A stretch of 64,000 nucleotides of DNA. Origin: Camelus ferus (Eukaryota). The translations under genes and the position numbers were made by a program. The DNA is taken from assembly GCF_009834535.1 (NCBI RefSeq), contig NC_045697.1:91390001-91454000 (forward strand). Direction: 5' to 3'. Numbering within the stretch: the stretch's first letter is position 1; every line of letters begins with the position of its first letter. Positions 26,431-38,951 of the stretch are shown in pieces. The notes beneath the pieces were generated by a model. It worked only from the letters and a program-made list of their open reading frames with translations. It was not told the DNA's origin and ran no database searches.

Positions 26431-27974
26431 GACAGTTGGAGGTAAAGATTATTTCAAAAAGGCCAGTATTAGAAGCTGTTTTGTAACAATAATTAGCCCT
26501 TTTCTGTTTGTCTCTGTCATAGAAATAGATATCCTAACCCATGCTGAAAGAGAAAATTTCTATTCTAATCACACCTCAATTCTCAGTATCACTGATATAT
26601 ATACAACTAAAAAGGTATGGTTACAAGGTTAAGAGCGAAGTTTTCCCTACAATGCACTAGTCCCTTTGAAAATAGCACAAATAGCTTAAATAAAATAAGA
26701 GAAGTTATGGTTCCGTAAGGTATGGGATAAGAGTTTGAAATCTGGGCCAGTATCTTGGGCATTATAATTAATTACTATCATTGCTTAGATCACTCTGTTA
26801 TTATTGAGGCACAGTTTAAGTTAAGGATGGGCCTTGTATATCTTGGTTGATACACCATAAGGGAAAATTTCCTTGATGCATGAAATCCTTTACCGATGAT
26901 TGGAGACTGAATCACATAAACTCTGCTCTATATTATACGAGAGGATTAAAAACAAAAGGTGTACTATTCATTTCAGGGAAATGATGGATCCGCCAGCTGC
27001 AGCAAACGCTTTCTTCGAAACTCTCTTACGACAAATTAACGTAGCATGTGCCAGATGTTTTTTTTTCTGTTGAATTATACTATAATATGCTTCAGTTACT
27101 TTTAGTAATTACGCATTTTGTAATCTGCCAGTACCTGCAGCTGCCTCTCATTCTGTTAACTGAAAAAAAAAAAAAAGCCTGAAAAAAAAACCTGGGAAAA
27201 AAAAAGCAGTTATGGCAGCCAAATATTACAGATATACAGCCAAGAATTATGTTTTAGAGATTGAAAAAATTCCTTAGGCTTAAATGCTGTGTAATTCATA
27301 CATACCACTGGACAAGAGAAGAAAATATTATACACTACATTCATTCATTTATTCAATACAATTTTACTGAGCAACTATATTCCAGGCAAGATGTTAGCTC
27401 ATGGTTTTGTAGAAAAGATGGATGTAAATGACAGTTTTACTACAATTCAGTAAGTGTCATAATAAAGAATGAGCAGAATGGTACAGGAGTGCAGGGAAAG
27501 GAAAAGATTCAATCTGTCAGGGGATGAAGAACGCCTCAGAGAAAAAATGGTATTTGAGTTGGGTCTGGAAGGAAGAACATTTTTTCAGGTGCGGAGTTAG
27601 GAAAGAACATCCCTAGAAAGAAACAGCATGAACAAATTACCCCAAGAAGCATCCTTGATTCCTTTCTTTTCCTTCATATCTCACATCCAATCCATCAGCA
27701 CCTTCTATTACATCTAACAATGAAAAGACTCCCAACTAATCCACTTTTCTCTTTCTTTTTTTTCTACAAAGCCACATCATCTCTTAACAAGACTTGCAAC
27801 AGCCTTCTAGGTCCCTCCTTAGCCTTTTTACTCACTTCCATTTTCCACACAGTAGCCAGAATGATCTTTAAGAAATCAGCTCAGGTGACTTCTCCTTTCA
27901 AAGCTGTTTGCTGGCCTTCATTCACACTTTAAACTCTTCAGCCTGGCTAATAAAACCCTACAAGATCAGGTCCA

Positions 27975-28331
27975 TGTCAACAGCAGAGACAGTGTCCACC
28001 AAACATGCTGTGTGCTCCATATACATTTCCTAGGCTCCTATGCAGTTAGATCAGGTCCATATGCCTAGCTTGGCCGATGAAGATAGACGGAAGTGATGAG
28101 CATCACTTCAGAGCTCAGTTAGCTAAGAGTTAGTGTTCTTCCACTTCTCTTCCCTGTTCCAGTGATCTTGGAAAACCATATGTTCAAGATAATGGAACCT
28201 CTACCAGCAGAGCCTTCCTGCCACACTGCTTAGACATGTAACATAAGCAAGAAGTCAACCTTTGTTGTGTCAAGCCCCTGAGATTTAAGAGTTTGTTTGC
28301 TGTGGTGGCTGGCACTGCTTAAATCTTACAC
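27975..28331 (+). mobile_element. MaLR LTR (MLT1I/J-like) nested in a plus-strand L2 (~27640-28730)
   Basis: catttcctaggctcctatgcagttag...ggaagtgatgagcatcacttc...tttgttgtgtcaagcccctgagattt...gtttgtt; L2 motifs on both sides. Confidence 0.7.
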
Positions 28332-29099
28332 AATTGCCTTCATTTAGCATACTATTTCTTTTACTTCAAACACACCAGTTAAATTGCTGCCTTGGGGTCT
28401 TTGTACTAGTGTTCTCCCTGCTTGAAATGCTCTTTCCCCTGATGTTTAAATGACAGGATCCTTTTTGTCACCAGATCTTAAGATTCATTTCCTCACAGGA
28501 TCACCCTTGTCTGCGAGTCTCAGGTATCCATCCATTCATTATCATTTGGCTTATTTGAACTTTCTGCATGATAAGTATCTCATTTTACATGCATATACTT
28601 ATTTATTCAATAATTTCTACTTTTCCATCAATATTTTAATATCTTTTAAAAAGGAGGGGGGCCTTTGGCTTTGCTGTATCCTTAATACCCAAAGAACAGT
28701 GCTGCTCAATAAACGTGTGATAAGTGAACGGAGTGCAAGGAGTGTAAAAGGGCTGGCCTAGTACTCTTGGTTTATTGGGGGTGGTTGTTGAGTGTGGCTG
28801 GAACATGTTCTTCATGAGGCAGAGGCAGACTGACAATAATCAGGTGGAGGAAAGATTGTAAAAAACCCACAGGCAGCAATAAAACAGAATTCTCTAAGTA
28901 GGCAGGGCCAGGACTGTGTTTGCTTTTTAGGAAAAGAATTCTAAGATTAGTATGAAAGATGGAATAGAATGAGAAAAACCCAACCAAACAAACAAACAAA
29001 ACCTGACAGCAGAGAAAACAGGGTGATCCAGACTATTTTAACAGCTATGGTTAAACACAGGAAAAGCCCTGACAGATGGAAAGGACAAGTACATTACTG

Positions 29100-29870
29100 C
29101 ATGTTTACACATATGCAAGCATTCCTGAAGGACAGGTTCTGGTACCTGATATTGCAAAAAGATATGCATAGTTTAAATTTGTTGGATATTGCAACATTAC
29201 CTTACAAAAAGGATTTGGCCAGTTTATATTGTCAGCAGTACTGTATACCCCATTCCTGCTTCCTCTTGTATTTGCAGATGCTGCATGTTAACCATCTTCT
29301 CCATTTTTGCCAGTTTGCTCGGCAAACTTGTTTAAATTTGCATTCAGTGAACAGTGTGGCTGAATTCGGTTGATACGTTTAGAGGAGCTTTGTATTTCTG
29401 CTTTTTTGGGCTGGATGTTCATCTATTATGCTGTTATTCTTTTTCTTAATTATGGAACTCCATGGATACTGCATATTAATCCTTTGTTTTATTTTTGTTA
29501 TTATCTTTATCTTTGTTTAGCATCTTTTTTTCATACAGAATTTTAATTTTTATAGTTAAATAAATTAATCAATATTTTCCCTTCTTTTTGCATTTTGGGT
29601 TTGTGTTTTGACTAGAAAGACTTTTCCATTCTAAGATAGTAAAAATAATTTTATTTCTTCCAATATCTTCTTTTTTCTAATTTAGCTTTTTAATCCATCT
29701 GGAATTTACTTTGTGTAATAATAGTAAAAAATATTCTAACTAATAAAATTTTTCCAACATCATTTTTTCACCATTTGAAAAGCCATATTATCATGAACAA
29801 AATTTCTAATTTTACATGATTTATTTTTCTGTGTTTTCTTTAAATTATCAATTCCGGTCCCAATACCACC
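29100..29870 (-). mobile_element. Ancient L1 (L1ME-like) fragment
   Basis: tattaatcctttgt, ttttaatccatctggaattt and taccacc reverse-strand ORF2-end motifs. Confidence 0.6.
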
Positions 29871-32800
29871 AAACAGCTTTCTCATCTCTTTTTTTCCCTG
29901 TAAAAGTTTTAAAATTTAATCTGTAAAAATAACAACAATCTCTTACTCAAATAAGATTAGTAGATATATTACAGCTATATATGTTACATGTTAATAAGTA
30001 ACTTGTAAAATGGTTTCCTCTTGGAAGCTCAAAATTCTGTGTTGCATACATTTCAAGATAAAGGAGTAACTAAGAGGGAATAATTATAGATTAATAAAAT
30101 TTTACAAATTAAAATAAACCTCAAACTGAAAGAAGATACCACAGCTCAAATTTTTACAAAGCTTTTTATATTAAGCTTTTTGATACCAAGATAAAAAACT
30201 TCCTTCTGTAGGAAGAAGGAATAAATCTTCCTAGAGAAGGAAGTTTTATTTAATTATTTTGTGTTACATTTAATTATGGCCATATTTACTCATTAGGGTA
30301 GATCTAATCACGTCTAATTGTCAGTTGTCAGAAGGAGCAGAGGTTTCCAAAGGCAGCAAAACTATTCCAGAATGGACTTTAGGATCATAAGTGTTTCATG
30401 GCTATCCTGGTAATTGGTATTTGATTTGGTCTCTAATATTCTTCTAACTAGAGTAAACAGGTGGATACGTAGTAAGCAGGAAAACAACCAATTTATAATA
30501 ATTTAGTTGTTACGAAGTAGAGAGGACAAAGAGCCAACCGTTCTCAAGATTTGGTGAGGACAGACTAGCACTAAGTTTTTGAAGGGCAGATTTTCAGGAG
30601 GAAAGCTTTGATGCTTAATGTGATACAACAGTGGTGAACTGGGAAGCAGGATGCTGGGACCTAACATAAAAAAGCCCATTTTTGATAGCTGTTAATAAAA
30701 CACTTTTTACATGAATGGTAGAATACATAAATTCATGGTATATACAGAGAAATCCTGAGTGGGAGAGTCAAATGCATCAAATGAGCTACTTGTATTTTAA
30801 ATGTATTGTTCTTTGTTTATTATGTAATTTATTATTAATAAAAGATCTACTTGGTGGAGGACTTGGGACTGTATCATCGAATCATTCTAAAAAAAAAACC
30901 CATTTCTAAGGAGAGAAGATGAATCCTTCCCCAAAGATACAGAAGTACCCTCTAGCAGTTAGCATGTCCACTATCAGTACAACACAGCACACATCAATCT
31001 GCTATTGCCCAATATGGATGTTATTGTAAATACGTCCAGCATAGATCATCATATTCATCACATATTTTTCCACTGGAATAAGTATACATTTTAATTTTCC
31101 ACCTTGAAAATATAAATTTAGCATGGCTGCCACATAATTATGCATTATGACCAACAGGTGAGATATTTCACCTTTAAGTCAGTGAAAATACTTTAGTATC
31201 TACTTTTTTATTACAAAAACATTTTTGACTTGGTTTCATATATATATTCCTCAGTATTATTTATGTCGCTTAAGAGGAGGGAAATGCAATTCACATACAT
31301 AAATTCTGTATAAAATCTAGTGCTTTCTAGAATTAGTAATGTTTTGTACAATTAGAAATGAAATAAGCATGTACGCTTCTCATACACAGGTCTCATACAC
31401 TACATCATGGTTTACTTTGAATTCAACAATCTCTTAGCATTTATAAAGGGTATTTCCAAAGCCCATGTTTGCTTCCTAAATATTTTAACACTCCAGACAT
31501 ACAGTTAACACCTTATATTTCATATAAGTAAAGCCTTATAATAACATATGGGGTTTACAGGTAAGTGTAAAGGGTTGAGGTTGGGTGGGATTCAAACTCA
31601 GGTCTGACTGACTCCTAAGTTAGTGCTCTTTATCTATAATGCTTTGCTGCCTCCTTCCGTGCTAAAAATATTATATTATTTCTCAACATTATTGAATATG
31701 TAATCCTTTTATGAAAGGAAATAATCATAAGGCAAAATCTTATGAACGTATTTTCTATTGTGAAAGCAAACATTTTAGTTTTGGCACGACAGAGCATGAT
31801 AACCCAATTTTAGTGATGTAGTAGAGGCGTGCCAAAAGTCTTTCTTAGTATATTAGAACATATGTCCTTTTTTACCCCTGTGGTTTAAACAATCAACATA
31901 GGCATATCAAGCAAAGGTTAACTATACCCTTTTAAACCATATTTTCCCATGCAAAGTCCTAAATACATACAATGAAAACTTGCTAGAAAATGCTTTCTCA
32001 AATTTTAATAATTCTATAAAAATTACATAATCAAGACATATTTAACTTGAGCATAATTATTCGTTTTAAAAAAGATGTCTAAAGAAATATGATTAAATCT
32101 AAATATTCAAAGCATGTAAAAATGTGACCTATTTATTTCTGATAATCATTTTACTTTTAAGTAATCTTTTTCAACCTACCACATGTCACAGAAAATGGAG
32201 ACTTCTAAATTTAATGAAAATAGTGCTCTAATCGATGGAACAAAGACCATACCAGGTTGTCACTAAAGGAGAGGTGATGGCTGGAAAAATCTGCTTCTTT
32301 TTCTCTGTATTCAAAAAGATTCTTTCCCTATATAGTTACTATAGATTTATTAAAAACTGTTACACAGAACTACAATAGCAGAAGGAAAAGCAGTGAATAT
32401 AATACCCATTTAAACTTAAAAGTATAAGATCATGGTAAGAATTGAAAAAAAAAAAAGCTGGAAGTATCTCAAGGACTGGCAATTTGGGGACAGCAGGCAA
32501 TTAAAAAACTAAAAAAAATCTGAGTATAGAACATGTCTAATTCTAATAATAATACATATAACGTTTGCAAGATGCTTTATAGTTTACAAGATACTTTGAT
32601 AATTACACTATTTCAGAAATAACCCTAGCAAACTAAGGTAGTTTTTATTCTTATAGATGATAAAATTGAGGCTTGAGAATGAGAAAATTGATTTATATAT
32701 AATCACACTTTTGTGGTGCAGACCTTGGACTTGAATCGAGTATGTTAGCTTTTATATACTCCATTGACTTCTACACTACAATCTTGAGTCAGTCACTCAT

Positions 32801-33899
32801 GTTTAGGAGACAATTTTTAGGTCTTTAAAACTGGTATTTCAATAGTTCATTATTTAAGGCCATTGGTACTAAGCTTATGTTTTTCAATATTTAAAAAGCT
32901 GTCAAATTAGGAGTTATCCATAAAAGATGGAGACTATTTTGGGAAGACATACACAGTCCTCTAGGAAATAAAATGAACATAATGTCTTCAGTTAGGATGA
33001 TTTGAAAAGTTCATATTAATTCTGAAACTACTTAATAAGTTTTGAGAACAGTGTAAGTTTATAGCGTGACATACAAATTGACTTTGATATAAATTCAAAT
33101 TCATAGAAATGGTAAAAGGAATAATTAATTCACTAAAAGTGAGATCAAATTGCTAAAAATCTAGTAGCAGAGTAAACCTTCGTTAACACAGCTGTTTACA
33201 GTCTGACTTCCTAATTAGAACATAGTGTCTGATGGCAGGGCAATGTTTGCTCACTTTCATACTGATGTTAAAAAGCTATTTTAAAAAATACTGGATGATA
33301 TTAGAAAAACAATAATCTTACCGTTGTTTGGTATCCAGTAATAGTATTATTCTCTTGATTTTTGAAGGAAATGTTCTATTTCCTTTTTTTCCCTCTTTTA
33401 TCTAATAGGTAAAAAAAAAATCACTAAATTACTGGAAACTTGGTAGCTTTAACTTGTTTAGGATTTGGAAGGCTGTTTACCAAATTTTTTTTTTTTTAAG
33501 GCTGGACAGAAAATGGGTTAGCTTCAAAACTGAAAAAAGTCTGAGGTACACCTATCGTGTTCAAGTGTACAACTGAAGTCAAGATACAAACTGCATGACT
33601 ATTTAGGCTGGGCAAGACCCTGTTACCAAACGCGATCTGCTAAGCATAACTGACCACGGTGTACCAGCTCTGTGCAAAGCCTAAATAAATCTACACACTG
33701 AGATTTCACTTAAGTAGGAATGTTCCTTAGAAGGTTGGTTGTTTTGTTTTAAATTGCTTAGTCCATGGATTATTTCTACTTATTGCTCTTTTAGGGCAGA
33801 TAACCAGTTCACGTTGCTTTGTTAGGTATTCTATTTCTATGGAAAACTGTTTTCAGTTGAACATCCAACAAAGACGTAGCATGGCAAAGTGGAAGTGGA

Positions 33900-35190
33900 A
33901 CCTATGAGACAAATGAAGAGATTGACCTCATACTGGAGCAGAGGCAGTTTATCTGTTGTTACAGTAGGGTATGCGGGAAGAGATACAAGCAGGAATAAAA
34001 AGGCAATGATGGGAACTGTGGCAGTCCTCTTCCAATTGCTTCTCTTCCCTCGGTGAAATAGGAATTGAAGTTGTCAAATGAAAGTGGTGGTGGGGAGGAG
34101 ATGTAAAAGGTTTCAGCAAAGACAAGAGGGTATGAAATAGTCACCAAGGAGTATACAGACTGACTGTCTGCAGCATAAGGGCCCCTTCTGCGATCACGGA
34201 TTTAAAATGAGACCACCAGCATGGCTGCATTTCACTCCAGTCACCTTGAGCTGAATGGGTGAAAGGACGAGGAGCAAGGAGTTGGATTTAACCAGGGCTT
34301 GTTTGGAAGACAAGAAAAGGAAGAAGAGAAAGAGGGTCAAGGTCGTTGAGGATTGGTTACCCCTGTTGACCTTTTCTAAAAATGCCCTCCCTCTAAAAAC
34401 ATATACACTGCCTATTCCCTCTTCTACTTTATTTTTCTTTAGCATGTAATTATTATCTATTATATGTTTAATTCCTCTTGTTTTCTGTCTGTTTCCCTAT
34501 TAGAATAAAAGCTCCACAAGGGCAGGGGTTTTGTGTTGTGCCCACTGCTATTGTCTTCTTTAAAGGTACGAGTCCTTGCTGGACAAGAGCAAAGTAGTTA
34601 TCACAGTATTTGCACTCCCCCACTTCCCACCAATTCCCTGTGGTTTAACAAAGAGAAGTGACTGGCTGGCTTATTACTCAGCAGCTATTTTTTACAGGAC
34701 TGCGTGCTTTGGATATAATTTTGATTAAACTGGTAATATTAATTTCTTATTATAATAAATGAACCTTAAAGTGATGAGGATTTCTCTAAAATTTTCTCAA
34801 GGAGAAGAGACTAATAAAAAGTGGAAAGTGATAAGAAATGAGATTAGAATACATATAAGGGCTAGATCAGAAAACCCCTGCAGCCAACTTCTTCCTAACT
34901 GCAGTGGGAAGGGATGGGAGAGTGGAAAGAATTAACAAGATTGATATTATAAAAGGTATCTCTGACATAGTATGGAAAACAGATTAGAGGGAAGACAAGC
35001 CTGGGGTTCCAGAAACCAATCAGAAAGCTACCGCAGTAATCTAGGTAGGAAATGAGAATGGCCTGAAACAAGTTAGGGGTAGTGAGCAAAGGCAAAAGGA
35101 TTTGAAAAACACCAAGGAGGCAGATCAGCCAGACTCAATGACTGACTAGAGGTAAGGGAAAGGAGGAAGAGAGATTGGAGCCAAGGCAGT
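33900..35190. mobile_element. Cluster of L2 fragments in both orientations
   Basis: cttctctt..ctcggtgaaataggaa (minus); tagaataaaagctccacaagggcaggg (plus); gcagtaatctaggtaggaaatgagaatggcctgaa (minus). Confidence 0.6.
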
Positions 35191-36470
35191 CTGCTCTTCT
35201 AAGTCATTCTATGGACGACATACAGGTTGTTTGCAAGATTCCAACTACTGAAAACTAAAGGGCTACTTTCATAGTATATGAATTTTGGCTAAAAACATCA
35301 TCAAAAACCCCATGAAAAGTAATTTCCGATATTAAAAAGAATTACATTATGGTGGTGTGATGATAGGCAGCAGGACTGATGAGGTGTTTTGACACAGGAC
35401 TCATTCCTGTAAACTCCTTTAGATCAGTCATACATGGGGCTACCTATGTGCTTGCTCATAAAGCTGACACTGCATCCTAGAACTCAGGTTCAAGGAGTTC
35501 TTCTTTGGCCTTGTACTGCTGGCTAGCAAAAACTCCCTTTAAAAAACCGTATTCTAATAATTCTCAAATAAATACCTGTAAACATTTAAAGAATACTTGT
35601 CAAGTGCCTAACACTATGCAATGGATTTTATACTTATATAAATATTTATGCTTACATATGGATTCAACAATTATGTGCCAATAACTGCTGGTGATGCCTG
35701 TGCAATATGTACACAGTTCACAGAGGTTTGTAATATATGATCAATGTCTATTTAGATTTTAGAACAGAAATTCAAGTATGAATTCAATGTGACTTGATAA
35801 ATAATCCTCACCAATTGTTTTGTGTAATATTTTCTCCTCTGGAAGTATGATCTTGATTATGAACAGTACGATTTTTTAAAAAATTAGTTCACTCAATTCT
35901 AGTGCCTACATTCTGAACTATGTATTCCTTTATCATCAACAGTCTTCACAGCAGTTCTTAGAATGAATAACATTTTTAAAAGTCTGTAAGATGAGAAAAA
36001 AGTTTTCACTACAAGGCAGTGGAATTATGGGAATTCAAGTTTCTTGGTAATGCAGTCTCTTGAATAGAGACTTTATCATGTTTCACCAAGTTCAAATGCA
36101 TTTCAAAAACTAAAATTCTGCAGAAAGGCTCAAAATTGGAAGGAGTGTTTGGCCTAGGAAAGAAACAATAATCGAAAAAATTCACTAGCTTTCATTCTTT
36201 CATTCATTCAACAAATATGTTCTGAGTATCTAGGGGTACAGTGGAGAGCACAAGACACAAGTTACTTTATGGAGCTGATATTCTCATATGGAAGAAAGAA
36301 AAAATGTAAAGAAATAAATATAAAATGCAATTATTGTTGGCGATGAATGCTATGAAGAAAAACAGAAGTGTATAATGTGATAAAGTAACTTTCTAAGGGA
36401 AGGACCTTGTCTTATTCATCTTTGTGTTTCTAGTATTTAGCAGAGTGCTTAGAAAAGAGTGGTTGGTCAC

Positions 36471-37657
36471 ATAAATCTCAGCAACGTTCTAAGGGCAGTC
36501 TATCCAGGCAATAGAAATAAAAGCAAAAATAAACAAATGGGACCTAATTAAACTTACAAGCTTTTGCATAGCAAAGGAAACCATAAGCAAAACAAAAGGA
36601 CAACCTACAAAATGGGAGAAAATATTTGCAAAAGTTGAGACTGACAAGGGCTTAATTTCTAGAATATACAAACAGCTCATACAACTTAGTAAGAAAAAAA
36701 AAAAACCCAATTCAAAAACGAGCAGAAGACCTAAACAAGCAATTCTCCAATGAAGACATACAAATGGCCAAAGGCACATGAAAAAATGCTCAATATCACT
36801 AATTATCAGAGAAATGCAAATAAAACTACAATGAGGTATCATCTCACACCAATCAGAATGGCCATCACTTTAAAGTCCACAAACGATAAACGCTAGAGAG
36901 GTTGTGGAGAAAAGGGAACCTTCCTATACTGTTGGTGGAATGTCGTTTGGTGCAGCCATTATGGAAAACAGTATGGAGATTCCTCAAAAAATTGAAAATA
37001 GACTTACCCTATGATCCAGCAATCCCACTACTGGGCATGTATCCAGAGGAAACTCTAATTTGAAAAGACATATGCACCCCAATGTTCACAGCAGCACTAT
37101 TTACAATAGCCAAGATGTGGAGACAATCTAAATGTCCATCTACAGATGACTGGATAAAGAAGCTGTGGTATATTTATACAATGGAATACTACTCAGCCAT
37201 AAAAAAGAATAAAATAATGCCATTTGCAGCAACATGGATGGAACTGGAGATTGTCATTCTAAGTGAAGTAAGCCAGAAAAAGAAAGGAAAATACCATATG
37301 ACATCACTTATACGTGGAATCTAAAAAAAAAGCCAAACAGACTTATTTACAAAACAGAAACAGACTCACAGACATGGAAAACAAATTTATGGTTACCAGG
37401 GGGGAAGGGGGTGAGAAGGGATAAATTGGGATTTAGAGAGTTGCAGATATTAATATATATAAAGTAGATAAACAAGTTTATACTGTATAGCACAAAAAAC
37501 TATATTCAATATCTTGTCATAACTTATGGTGAAAAGAATATGAAAACAAATGTATGTATGCTCATATATGATGGAAGCATTATGCTGTACACCAGAAATT
37601 GACACAATATGGTAAACTGACTATACTTCAATAAAAAAAAATATATACACACACAAA
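36471..37657 (+). mobile_element. Comparatively young 5'-truncated LINE-1 with 18-bp TSD, inserted into an L2 tail
   Basis: ORF 37082-37324 is the ORF2p C-terminus ([11 protein letters not shown]...YYSAIKKN...FAATWMELE); TSD aaaagagtggttggtcac (36453-36470) / aaaagagcggttggtcac (37658-37675). Confidence 0.95.
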
Positions 37658-38512
37658 AAAAGAGCGGTTGGTCACTGAAATGTTTGTCATAAATTAAAGT
37701 GAGTTTATAGGTATCTGCTTTGTTTCTGGAAGTACTTGTATAAATCTGCAAACTGCAGTATTAGACACTTTAAATTGCAAGGTGCAATTCTGAACTTAAT
37801 AGAGTGAAGAGACAGAGAGCCAAGATGCTAATAATCTTGCCGACCACTTTTAAAGGTGTACTAACAACCTGAATCAGAGCCAATTTGGATATTTTCTGGT
37901 AAGCTTACTAACACAATAAAGTACAAACATTGTAAAATGACTATAACCCAATAAAAAATGTTAAACTTAAAAAAAAACTGAAAAAAAGAGTATATTAAAT
38001 ATTAATGTGCTTCTATTCTTACAGTTAATATATATAATTTAAATGATCTACATGTAATTTTTAATACAAAGATAATATTAAACTAAACTGATTTATTCAT
38101 TACTTTTATTTCCTGAGAAATATGGAAAAGTCAAATATAAGAGGATCCACAAAGAGGTGACACTGCCTTTCTCTTAAACCTGATGCAAAATATCTGCCAA
38201 GTGACAAAAACTTTCTCTGAGTAGACTTACAGTTTCTAACCAAAGCAAACTGACTGATTAAAAGGCAATGCTTGAAAGTGAGATGTTAAATCTTTACGGG
38301 ACATTCTTAGCACGGGCAGGCCCTCACTAAGCCAGACACAGTTACAAATTATGCTACGTTTGTTTAGATGTTTTTAAGATTTCAGCCAGTACGATATACA
38401 TTTTTTCACTGCTCATTTCAACACTGTGATACAAATAAATAAAATTTAGGCACTTCTGCCCCATTAGAATAGTTGTCCCTATGCTCCTGGTTTAGGACTC
38501 TACATTGTTAGT

Positions 38513-38951
38513 TGCTTTAAAATATAATTATTTTTAAATGCTGTCTTGACTCAGTTTTGAGGCCCTAGCTAGAGGCCCATCAGTATCCCTTCATGAGCAG
38601 CTGATTAAATTCACACTCACAACCACTTCCCTTCTTGATCTCTGATACTCTGGGCCACTGTACACCTGCCTTAACCGCCCCAGGGCCAGATATCAGATAA
38701 TCAGGGACAGTCCCTATGCTTCAGAGCCCACTGAAATCATTCAAATTAGCCACTCCTTCCAACACAAATCACTGTAAAGGCTCTTGTTGCCCGGCGACTG
38801 ACTAGCCTGCTTCCCGAGTGGCCCTGGGTGATGTGCTGTGTTTGCCCCAGGGAAATGTGAGTATAAGAAGTTGTAAAACCCTTTTCAGTGTCAGTCTCTT
38901 GATCTGCATCCAGGCTTACTATATCTCACTTAAGGCAATATGGTTAAAACA
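38513..38951 (+). mobile_element. ERVL-type solo LTR (MER73/MER74-like)
   Basis: TG...CA ends (tgctttaaaa...ttaaaaca); internal ctctgggccact...ccccagggccag...agggacag.ccctatgc..cagagccc.ctgaaat.attcaaa. Confidence 0.75.
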
